Positions 1-11,721 of a DNA stretch of 64,000 nucleotides are shown here, one piece after another. This DNA comes from Dimorphilus gyrociliatus (taxonomy: Eukaryota > Animalia > Annelida), in the NCBI GenBank assembly GCA_904063045.1, contig CAJFCJ010000003.1, forward strand, positions 1,860,001 through 1,924,000, written 5' to 3'. The stretch's first letter is position 1. Each line of letters starts with the position of its first letter. Position numbers and translations under genes: made by a program. Below the pieces are notes generated by a model, which saw only the letters and a list, made by a program, of their open reading frames with translations, had not been told where the DNA came from and ran no database searches.

Positions 1-2
1 AT

Positions 3-3000
3 CTAGTCAGTGGTCAATATAATCCAGAAGAAAAAACTAAAGGAAGAAGTATTACAAAAAATGGAATTGAAGACAAACAAAGAAAATTTACTGAAACAGT
101 TGCTCCGGAAATGAGATATGAAACTCCTAAACCCCCTTTGTCCCAGTCAAAGTAAGTAAAAGTTATGCTAAAATATATTTTATGACCTTTTTATTATATA
201 GGGACAGTAAAATGAAACCAGAAAAAGGATTTGTTTTTCATGCTAAAACTTCGCATTCAACGGCTCCTACTGTCCCAGAAAAAGAAAAACCAAAAGTCGT
301 TGTGAAGTTACCAAAGCCTATGTCCAGGGATGCTTCAATTGTTAAGGAAGAAGAGTTTTCGCAAAAAGATGCAATTGAAAGATCACAGACTATGGTGTAT
401 GAGCACAAAAAACGTATTCCAACAGCGAGGTTGAAAACGGCTATTAAGCGATCAAAAACGCTGCTAAATTTCAGAGAGTTTTGGAAACAAGTCGCTATGA
501 AAACCAAGAAAGAAAATAAAATTCTGCCATACACAGCAACTGATGCAGCTGACATATACTTGGCAGCATTAGAAGCGGCTACGACTAAACTTATGAGAGA
601 AGATGAATCTAATAAACAAGATATACTTCCTTATGAAGACCCTTTGAGGACTGTCCCACCCTGGCACAGGAAGGAATATGTATTAAATGAGAGAGAGATT
701 GATATGTATAATCACCTAAAGGTAATATATGGTGACAAGACAACGATGTTGAAAAGATGTCGTCAACAAGAGTTTTATGAGAAGTTAGAAAAATTACAAC
801 AGGAAGAGACTAAAAAATATAATTCATTACTTAAGGACAAGAAGAAACAAAGAGAGAAATCAAAATTAAAGCAGCAGCAACAATTAAAATTTGTTCGCAA
901 TAAATTTGAGGAAGAGCAAGTTAATCGTTTTCGAAATCAGTATGTAACAACAAGAATTTTACAGCATGAATGGACTACTAGACATATATACGGTCTTCCT
1001 GAGGATCTGGGAGATGATACTGCTACATCTAGAGTTAAAAGAAAAGTGGAAAGAGCTAAGGAGATACCAGATGATCTTAGGGAGCAAAATATTCGAAGAT
1101 TTAGAGGACTATTCGATGTTCATTGTGGTTTGGCACTAGCAAATATGAAGCCACCAAAATTTGGTAGGTTGTTTTAGAGCTTGTCAGAGCACTAACGAAA
1201 AAAACGATCTATACTCTATCGTCATTCATTCGATATTTACATAAACTCTTTGCAAGAAACTGAACAATCCTCTTAAATTGAACTATTTGCTAGGCAACAA
1301 GTAGGCCTATTCGATATAGTCGCTTTTATAATAACTTAGTCAATTATATTTTTTATCAAAATGTTCTTTACTAAATACAGGTAAAAAATCAAAGAAGCTA
1401 CCAACAGATGATGTTGTGAGAGACGCTAGGAAAATGTTAGATGAAACAAGCGAAGACGAGGATTCAACAGACAATGAGGACGAATCATATTCTAACGGGG
1501 CTGATAACAAACTTACAGCAAATCGATCATACTCCAATAAAAAATATAGTAAAAACCCTAGTCGTCAAACATATCTTTCTCCCTATTATTCTACTTTAAG
1601 AAAACCTCAATCAAGGAGAATGACTGAATCTCTTGATAAAGAAAACAAAAAACCTAAAAAAACTATAGAAACCAAACCAAAGTTTAAACTTGACATGAAA
1701 TCGAATGCTAATAACTATAAAAAGTCGTTTAAACCAATAAATGATTTGACCAAGATTGAGGTTTCAAATTCATCTAACAAAGCACCGGATAAGAAAAAGA
1801 ATGTAAAATTCGTTAAACCAAATACTCACTCCAATCAAAGAATAAATAACAGAGGAAAAATTTCAGAACGATCAAAAATGAAAGATCAAAATAATTCACC
1901 AAGCGATGAAGATAGTAAAGTTGAAGAAAACAACGAGAGCACTGAAAATACGAAAACAGCTGATTCTAGACAATTAACCCCTGAGCTGAAACAGGATATA
2001 GCACAAGGTCATGATCCTACTCCAGTTCAATCAGCATCTACTCTCAGAGGAGAGCTTAACACAAATGAAACAAAGGTAGAGTCCATACCTTATATATCAG
2101 AGACATCATCTGCAAGTCCAGCGTCAAACGTTATCCAGAATGAGTCGCCACCTACGAATGAACAACAGCAGAAGAATGAGGAAATAGATCCAAATCAACT
2201 TGATAGAAATGCCACTGAAGCAAATAACCTAAGCTACAGCGATCCTAAGGAAGGATCGGCTAAATCTAAAAGGGAGAATTCAGAAGAAAAGTCCGAACAG
2301 GAAAATAATTCGGAGAATACTGCAAGTGAAGGAAACAGTTTGTTTAATTCAAAAAGTCCTAAAGGAGAGAATAAGATACCTGAGACTGAAAAGAGTAGTA
2401 ATCAGAATCCTAATCCTGATACAACAGACCAATCCGTCACTCAAGCTGAAGCAGATAATGAGGAAAAGTCAACACCTACTGAAGAGTATACAAACACAAA
2501 TGACGAAAAGTTTGAAAAAGAAGTTTTAAGACCCACTTCTTCCCACTCTAAAGATCAAGAGTCTTATAAAGAGCAACCAATAATCGCTGATAAAACTGGT
2601 GAACCATTTGAACGTCAATCTAACAAGCTTTCACTAAAGGAGCCAATTGAGAAACCTGATGAATATCCTGAAAGTCAAGAAACAGACGACCTTAAAAAGA
2701 AAGACTTGAAATCAGCTGCTATAAAACCTAAGAAGGAGAAAAAAAATATAAGCTCTGCTGATAGTAGGAAACCCAAAAAGAATTCTGAAAAAGTTAAAAA
2801 AGAAGAAAAAAGCCCAACTAAGCTTCCAGATAAGAAACAAAACGAAACAAAGGGTCTAACTAAAAATATGAACGCTCATGATCCCAAACCATCGCTATCT
2901 TCCAAAGAAAAACACAAATTCCAGAAACCAGCAAATAGTTCTCACCAAGAAAGAACTAAAGATTCTAAGTTAAAAAAATTACCTTCTAGAGAAAACACTA

Positions 3001-3152
3001 AAGAACCCATAATTCTTCCGAAAAAGGATATGGATGGCGATCGAGTCGAGCTTGATTCTCTCGACTTAGGTTATAGTGATGAGGAAACAGAAGACATATT
3101 TGAGCGAGCGAAAAAGAAATACGGAATTCAAATAGACAGTGATGATGACTAA
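3..3152 (+). CDS. Uncharacterised protein, 5'-partial: basic/coiled-coil N-terminal part plus long S/E/K/N-rich low-complexity C-terminal part; exons about 3-151, 202-1163, 1381-3152
   Basis: Open frame from base 3. GTAAGT donor at 152 with AG at 200-201. The GTAGGT donor at 1164 and TACAG acceptor at 1380 are both phase 1 and join track ORFs 182..1177 and 1416..3152 in frame (KPPKF-G-KKSKKLPTDD). Confidence 0.7.
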
Positions 3153-3187
3153 GGCTTAAATTTCATTTTGTTTTTATTTTAATGGAT

Positions 3188-4075
3188 TTAATTGTTCATT
3201 TGATATCTTATTAAGGTGTAATATATTTCTTTTAAAGCCTCTTGAGCATTCATTGAAATACCAAAGTGACCGTTTGGAACCTCATACTCGTCCAAGTTTA
3301 TTCGGACAATTTTAACTCGATTCTTAAACGTTTTTACCAATTGCTCTGTGATTAATCTTACAGGTTTCGTATGACCATTTAAAGATCCTGACGCTCCAAT
3401 TTCCAATATAGTTATTTTATCATCCTGTTTTACCAAATCAATGTATTCTTCAAATTTATTTTTTTGTTGAGAGACTCTCTTCAACGAAAAGTTGTTTTCC
3501 TCATAAAGAACAATATTTGGACGTGCTGGCATCATATTTAATCCAACGGGATATGGCTCACAAGCAAGTAGAGTAGATAACTCGTACTTCGGAATATTTA
3601 AATGATCAAAAGGCCAGACATCATCTCCGTCTTTTTTATTCAGATATTGCAAGAAGCCAATGTTACCGTTCGGTTCATATATTTTGTTTTCATCAAATCC
3701 TGCTTTAAAAAAATGACCATCTATATTTGTTGTATAAATGAAAAAGTTATTATTTTTTAAAAGACAAATTTCTCTTAAATAATTGAAACCACTGTGAGGC
3801 TCAGTTGAACTATACATTGTATATCGATGTGCATAATATCCCCAGCACAGCGAAGGATTCTTCGTAAATAAATTATAGTTACTCATTTCTGGCACATAAT
3901 AATTCCAAGGTTTTAACTGTGGATAAAAATTCCAAAAATCTTTGGGAGTTCTGAAAAGGTCTAGTCCACTATCCGCACTTATACCTGCACCAGCTCCTAT
4001 AAATACAACCTGACTTTGGTGAATCCAACTGCAGGCATTGAAAAGTAATTTCTCTTGTTCTTCGACTTCTTCCAT
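3188..4075 (-). CDS. Sir2-family (sirtuin) protein, bacterial-like subfamily, intronless, degenerate active site (295 aa)
   Basis: GAGAGISADSG..FR NAD-binding loop, WGYYAHR...PHSGF, TTNIDG, RPNIVLY, EIGAS and RIN motifs. First ATG at 4075; the track starts at an upstream TTG. Confidence 0.9.
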   Translation of the reverse strand: MEEVEEQEKLLFNACSWIHQSQVVFIGAGAGISADSGLDLFRTPKDFWNFYPQLKPWNYYVPEMSNYNLFTKNPSLCWGYYAHRYTMYSSTEPHSGFNYLREICLLKNNNFFIYTTNIDGHFFKAGFDENKIYEPNGNIGFLQYLNKKDGDDVWPFDHLNIPKYELSTLLACEPYPVGLNMMPARPNIVLYEENNFSLKRVSQQKNKFEEYIDLVKQDDKITILEIGASGSLNGHTKPVRLITEQLVKTFKNRVKIVRINLDEYEVPNGHFGISMNAQEALKEIYYTLIRYQMNN

Positions 4076-4267
4076 TTTAAGAACTAAATATCTGTTCAAA
4101 CATCAAGTTTAAGTTCAAGATATCGGTTGTGTAGGCCTAGGTAATTGTTTTAAATTAAATCTATTTATAGGTAACAATACATCCACAGATTCATTTGATA
4201 TACGTCATAAGTAGCTTGTATTAAGAATTTTAAGATAACAAAGATTTTCAATTCAGTCCGGAACTGG

Positions 4268-6172
4268 TTATAGCTTTTCAACAGCTTCTATTTCCGAGAT
4301 CATTGCTTTCACACCATTCCATATTTCATTAGAGCTAAGTTCAATTGCTTCTTTTCCGGGATTGAACCCTGGACCTCTAAGTTCTGGTGTGTATGTATAT
4401 TTGATATTCACTACTGCCTTAACATAATCACTTGTACTTCCAGAGGTAGGATCTGAGAAAATAAAATTATAAAGCAGGATTATATTTCCACAAATAATGC
4501 TCACAAATTTCTTCACAGGAATTCCCTCTCGTCCATAGTGTATCATAGGTGTTTTCTATAGCATCAGCAAATGCGTTAGCTACTCGGTACTAACAAAATT
4601 ATTAACAATCATTTGAATTAATAAATTTGAATTTTAAACCATATCTTTACAAACCAAGTCATCGTGATCTTCAGCTCTCACACAAATTCCATTTTCTGTA
4701 TGACCAAACGGATGCAAAATTATTTGAGCCGCTGTATGGATAGAGGTCCAAACAATAACGGAATCACCCACACGTTGAGCGTAGTTCTAACATTAATTTG
4801 CAATTTTGATTACACGATATAATAGTAAATTAGCACTGCCAACCTGGAGAGCTTGAGTTTCTACTTCACTTGCTGCTGAGCTTCCTCCATAAGTCTCTGA
4901 ACAAGGATTAGTGGAAGTTCCATCAGCTTTTGATAAATAAAGTAAATAAGTTTTGTAATAAAAATGGGAATTAAAAGATAAAAAAACTCACTGCCCCAGT
5001 TGACATCAAAATTACGGTTTAAATCAGTTCCAATGCAAAAGCTACCGGCATTTGGACTTCTGTTTTTTCTCCAAAACCTCTATTTTTAAATAGTGTGAAA
5101 ACCTTATTGAATAATATTTTAGATAAACTTTTCATACATCAACTTCCCATGAGTATACATATCCATCAGGGTTATGAATAATTAAAAAATGAAAATCATA
5201 TTTATTGAGCAAGTTTATGGCATCTTGAGTGTCTTGCTTTAGAATCTTAAAAAGAGAAAGTTTAAAAATGTGTAAATGAAGTCAAAACTTACGTACAGCC
5301 TCTAATAGTTTTAAATTCGTGGCTGGCGCTAGCCATTCTCTGGCATGAATGGCAGAATCGAAAAATACAATCTTCCTATTGGCACCTGATTTACTTATCT
5401 GTAAATATATAAGTGAATTTTTGAAAAAGAGAGAGCAGATAGAGAGATATTATCTACTTTAAAAACTCTCAATGGTCTTCCTTCAGTAGAGCTTCCTATA
5501 TTTTCTATATTACAAGATGCTCCTGATGGGCAGCTCCCAACAAAGTCATCTAACCCTTGATTTATGTCCTCAAAGGAATTATAATCATTGATATCAAAGG
5601 CTTTTCTGATAAATTTGCATCGAGATACACAATTTATGATATATGTTATAACCTGTACTACTTCGGTGGCTTTTATAAAAATTTAGCTATACATACTTTT
5701 TGCTCAACCGCTTCCACATTTCTTGAAGATGGCTGCGCAAAAAATCTTATATTAATTTCCATCAATTGTAAATATATTGTAAAGGTACCGTTCCACATTA
5801 TCATATAGAATGTCTATAGAGAGATTAATGGAATCAAAAGCAGTTTTAGTAAAAATATATTGTTGAGGATTCAAAAGCATGATAGCTTGTCTCCCTTCCT
5901 TGGTTGCTGGTTGTAAGAAATCAACCTAAAAGAAAAAATAAGCTAGACTATTAAATATCTTACAGCATTAAAAGTTACTAACATTCTGATCCTTTAGGTG
6001 GTTTAGCCATTGTAAGTGCTCGCTATTTTCAGGAAAAGCCTTTACAATCTTATAACTAGAAAATAAAAGTCATTAGCCATTGACTGAAGTTTTATGAAAA
6101 TTACCCTTCGAAGGTTTTCCTCTCCAAAGCGAGAGAGGACGATAAAACAATTAAAGCAATTAAAAGTCTCAT
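4268..6172 (-). CDS. Secreted zinc carboxypeptidase A/B-like (M14A) preproenzyme, multi-exon
   Basis: Signal peptide [15 protein letters not shown], propeptide, zinc motif IHAREW, NPDGY, WRKNR, DLNRNF, and C-terminal [16 protein letters not shown]. Confidence 0.9.
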
Positions 6173-7507
6173 TGTTAATTAGCTAATTAAATAATTTCCT
6201 TTATATAAATATATAAAATGTTAAAGAATGCAAGATGCTTATTCACATCCTAAATTTCGAAACTGTAAGATAAAAATATAAGAAAAATGACTGTCTAAAT
6301 TTCAGTTTTTAAAATATCTTCATTAAAGAGTTATTGCTTTATCGTACTCCTTTTACTTTATCATTCACTGTGTGAATCAAACTGTGCTATTTAGCAGGTG
6401 TTTTGAATTTCATTGGATATTTGCTAAACAACTCGAATTTACTATCAATAAATAGCGCAGGGACGTAAGACTTACTAGTAAATAATACTGAAACAGTTTT
6501 AGAATAATTATAAATATCAAACTAATATTATGGTTTTAGTCAATCAATTGTTCATAACTATCGTACGTTATGGATTTAAACTATTAAGACTTATAATTGT
6601 CATAGTAAGAAAGCTCAATGTAACTATGTGACAAGATATAAATTAGCATGTCATTTACATCGTTGTAAGTCAGTTTAAAAAGAGCAATCAGTAATTATTA
6701 TTTAGTAAATAAACAAAACGTCGCTAATAAGATAAGAAAGCTTTCTTATTGAATATATAATAGGTCGTAGGGCTTAAATAAATAATGCAAACATAGAAGG
6801 CCTATATCTGTAGCATAATAACTGGTATCTAAAATAACACTAGTTATTATTGGATAAAGGCAGACGCATTTGAAATCCTTAATAGTTCATCCAATGAAGT
6901 TGATTTTGCCAACAAAAAATTACAAATTTTTTTATTAGATTATAAATAGTCTAACGAAAAATTTCTTTTCAGTATTTAACACGTTTCAAGTCATATTTAG
7001 AATCCATTCTGAATGTATGAGTGAGTTTTTTTTGCCATCTAGTGGATATACAGAACAAGTGCACATATTTCTATGAGATTAGTTCGCTCTAGTGTATTGT
7101 TGAGAATTATCGTTTAGTATTTTGTAATTTATCGAAAATATAGTTTAAATCAATTTTTTGTCAAAGAAAAGGTAATGATTTTTCTGCTTTATTTCATGTT
7201 TATATTATCGACAGAAATAATGGAAACGGCAGAAAGTAACGTAAATTGAAATCAAAGTATATAACAATAGTTATTTTCGTGTTATTCTTTAATATCTAAT
7301 CGTTATAAAGTTACCAAATTCTTTCCAGAAAGGTTTATTATAATTTTTATACGGATAGGGAAAGTTGCGCTATAAATCAATAAAGTCTACAGGGCGCTTT
7401 TTCTTACCCGGCTAGATGTCGCTGTTTGTTATTATTGATGAAGTGGTATATGATGCGAACTCGGCAGTTATTATTATAACGTCGTCCAAAGGAAGAGCAA
7501 CTTGAAT

Positions 7508-10500
7508 ATGGCGAACAAGACAACGTCGGAAGAGTGTTTAGCAAATAGAAACTGGTATGCGTTTCTCTGCTCTTCATTAATCACATTTCTAGTCGGACTA
7601 TTCCTTGTCTTAACATGGAGAATATTTTCTTGGCTTTGTCGTAATACAAGGTCATCAACTAACAAGACAAAATTACAATCACAAAAAGCTAATGGAGAAA
7701 ATGGGAGAGCTGGTACCAAAGACTCCACCCGGACGGCTGTGATCCAATCAGCAATCGATACGGAAATTGGTTGGGTAACAGAGGCCAAAGATTGGGCTGG
7801 GGAGTTAATTTCTGGCCAAACGACAACCGGCCGGATTTTGGTCGTTCTAGTCTTTCTACTCAGTATTGCATCGCTCATTATTTATTTTATCGACGCTTCT
7901 ACGTGAGTGTGAATTTTCACTAATCCGAATGTCCTAAAAATTAAATCGTGAATCGACACGAGCTAAATAGATTTTGTACATTCATTAATACGTTTTATTA
8001 ACTTCTGCTATTTCATCGCGCAGTTTAGAATTAATATCTATATACTTGCTGTTTTGAAAAAGAAAGGTTTTGTGTTTGTGTAAGGTGGCTCGAAAGGGAA
8101 TAAGATGCGCAAAAACTTTTTATTTAAGCAATATTAGTGGGTGCAATAGAAGCTATTAATTTATTTCAAGTTAAATATATACTAGCGGTTGAAAAACTGA
8201 AAGTGATTGATCCAAAAGAGATCTATTGATCAGTTGTATTGTATATTGTATCGATTATATGGATTGATGATATAGGCTTAAATTTGTACTTTATAAACAG
8301 AGAACAAGTGGAATCATGCGAAAAATGGTCTCAATCGACTACCCAACAAGTCGACCTAGCTTTTAACATCTTTTTTATGATATATTTTTTCATCCGTCTA
8401 GTCGCAGCCCCTGATAAACTCTGGTTTCTTGTTGAAATTTATTCATTTGTGGATTACTTTACCATTCCACCTTCATTCGTTGCAATCTATTTAAATCGAA
8501 ATTGGTTGGGACTTCGCTTTACTAGAGTTCTTCGAATGATGTCCATTCCAGATGTGTTACAATACTTGAACATCCTCAAGACCTCAAATTCTATAAGACT
8601 ATCTCAACTGTTATCTATGCTCATATCTGTATGGTTTACAGGGGCAGGTTTTGTTCATTTGGTTGAAAATTCTGGGGACCCCTTCTTTAATTTTAGTAAC
8701 GCACAGTCTCTTACTTACTGGGAATGCGTGTATTTCACTTTAGTGACAATGAGCACTGTTGGATACGGAGATATATATTGTAAAACGGTTTTTGGAAGAT
8801 TGTTTATGGTTTTCTTTATTCTGGTTGCATTGGTAAGTCAATTTTATTAATTATTTTGTCATTTTTGAGAATATACTTAATTTCCGTTTCACCAATAATT
8901 TTATCAATCTTATTCTAATAACTTCCATAGTTTGATAACATATACGATTTCTATCTAAGTCTACTAAAGTTAAAACCAAATATATTTAAAAAATTTTTAA
9001 TTTGAGTTTAAAAGACAATTTAATGATTCGCACTTGGAGGAGTGTCGATAACCTATCCCATAACTTAATATTTTGTGAATCGCTTTGTAATTAAATTACT
9101 ATTTCAATAACCCTCTTTTAATTATTTGACACTTGTCTTATTTTTTAGGCAATTTTTGCGTCCTTTGTGCCAGGTAAATATTTTGAAATACTTCAAATAT
9201 ATTGTATGTAATTTTTTAACTGAGATTTTTTCTAACAGAGATTGTTGAAATTTTGGGCAATCGAACAAGATATTCTGGAACGTATAGAAAAGAGCAAGGG
9301 AAAAGGTCTGTAATAAATACATGATATAGTCGAAATTGTTCAAAATTTATTGGAAAGACAAAATATTATATTCTTTTAGCAAGTTCCTTTGCCCTTAACT
9401 TTTAGTTCAAACTACATGCTTGATTGTGGAATAAATTTATATGTATTAAAATAATGTTACGTTTTGATCAAATTAATTTAGAACCAATTAATTTTCATTC
9501 TTATACTAATTAAGCTTATTTACAGACACATTGTACTCTGTGGTCACATAACATATGAGTCGGTATCAAATTTTATGTCCGACTTTCTTCACAAAGATAG
9601 AGAAGATGTTGATGTTGAGTTGGTTATTATGCATCGGAAGGAACCAGATCTCGAATTGGAAGGACTTTTTAAACGTCATTTTACTCAGGTTGAGTTTTTT
9701 CATGGTTCAGTTATGGATGCCAATGATTTGGAAAGAGTGTCTGTGAAAACAGCTGATGCATGTTTAGTTCTAGCCAATAAGTACTGCGAAGATCCTGATT
9801 CAGAAGATGCAGCCAATATTATGAGAGTCATATCAATTAAAAATTACCACGACGAAATCAAGGTCATAATCCAACTACTTCAGTACCACAACAAAGCATA
9901 TCTTTTAAACATTCCATCTTGGGATTGGAAAAGAGGTGATGACGCTGTCTGTCTTGCAGAATTGAAGCTTGGGTTTATAGCCCAGTCGGCACTAGCACCT
10001 GGATTTTCCACTTTAATGGCTAACTTATTTACAATGAGAGCTTATAAATCAGGAACAGAAATGGCACTCTGGCACAATGACTATTTACGTGGTACAGGAA
10101 TGGAAATGTATACAGAATATTTATCAAATGCGTTTGTAGGTTTATCCTTCCCTGAAGCTGCTGAACTATGCTTTTCAAAGCTAAAGCTGCTCTTAATAGC
10201 AATAGAGGCAAGAAGTCCATCTCCTTCCAATTCTTCACAGGAAAATACCATAGAGTCTTGTATTGCAATAAATCCGGGAGCCAATGTGATAATTGAAACT
10301 CATACCCAAGGATTTTTCATAGCCGAAAGTGCCGATGAAGTTAAAAGAGCATGTTTTTTCTGCGCTCGCTGTCATGCAGATGTCTTAGATGAAAGAGCTA
10401 TAAAAAAATGCTATTGTAAAGCACCCGCACCCGTAAATCCTGTTAAAGGCGATATTGGACACCCAAAGCCCCTAATAAATTTACCAGAGACGTCCAAGGA

Positions 10501-11721
10501 AGAGACAGTAACGGATTCTTCAGCGTTTGATTCAACAGGAATGTTTCACTGGTGTCAGGAACAAAGTTTAAGCAGCTGTATAGTCGAGAGGGAGCAGGCA
10601 GCTTCTCACGTTCTTCATAATCATATCGCAGTCTGTTTGTTTGCAGATGCATCCTCTCCTCTAATTGGATTGCGAAATTTAATTATGCCTTTACGTGCGT
10701 CTAATTTCCAGTATAATGAATTAAAGCATGTTGTCCTAGTGGGAGATAAAGATTTTATAAGAAAAGAATGGAAAACCCTTTGTAACTTTCCAAAGTTAAC
10801 GGTATTAGATGGATCACCCTTAAATCGTGCTAATTTAAGGGCTGTGAATATTAACTTAGTGGATATGTGTGTCATACTCAGCGCAAGAAGACCGTCCAAT
10901 TTAGATGATACAAGTCTTGTTGATAAAGAAGCAATTTTATGCAGCTTAAACATTAAAGCTATGATGTTTGACGATGCCGCAACGACCAGTATAGCTGCTC
11001 AAGTTTGTCAGAACCCAAATTCTCAAAAAATTTTTACTCGTGGTTCGGATATTCCAATGATTACAGAATTAGGAAACGATGCTAATGTTCAGTTTCTTGA
11101 TCAGGACGACGATGATGATCCTGACATTGAATTGTACATGACCCAACCCTTTGCTTGTGGCAATGCTTTTGCTGTTTCTGTGTTAGACTCACTCATGTCA
11201 ACAACCTATTTTAATGATAACGCTCTCACACTCATAAGAACATTAATAACAGGAGGAGCAACTCCAGAATTGGAACAAATTTTAGCCGAAGGTGTCGGAA
11301 TGAGGGGCGGTTGTTTGTCAAGTCAAACTCTAGCTAACCGACATAGGTGTCGCGTAGCACAATTAGCTCTTTACGACGGTCCACTAGCCAGATTTGGTGA
11401 CAGCAGATATGGAGAGTTATTCTCTTTTGCCCTAAGAAATTACAATATTCTTTGCATAGGATTATATCGACTAAGAGATCCACAACAAGTTGATTCAACT
11501 AAGCGTTATGTTATATCAAACCCTCCATTTCATTTCCTTCTGATACCCTCTGATAAGGTTAGTCATAATATTTAACAAAACTTTTGGTTTCTCTGGTCGT
11601 TTTTGAGATTGACCTAAATGGCTTCTTTACTATCATTTATTAGCTGTTCTGTTTCGCTCCAAGTCACGTTGTTGCGGATACGGGATATAGTGGAACCCGT
11701 AAGGTTTTATGTTGTAACTAG
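7508..11721 (+). CDS. slo: Calcium-activated BK potassium channel alpha subunit (slowpoke); exons 7508-7902, 8301-8832, 9149-9173, 9239-9305, 9526-11557, 11644-11721
   Basis: S0-S6 helices, pore STVGYGD, RCK1 HIVLCGHIT and calcium bowl QDDDDDPD. All five junctions are GT-AG and phase-compatible. Confidence 0.97.

Noticed and set aside
7474-7878. Antisense or shifted-frame track ORFs overlapping real genes (also 238..555, 10621..10953, 18431..18805, 20381..20788, 39785..40117, 43976..44278, 52261..52599, 59919..60140)
   Set aside because: They shadow well-supported coding exons, show no recognisable motifs and mostly start at TTG/GTG.
9020-9070. Stretch in slo intron 2 reading [11 protein letters not shown], superficially like an alternative GG-containing S6 exon
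   Set aside because: No suitable flanking splice sites, no further S6 similarity, and an in-frame stop follows.
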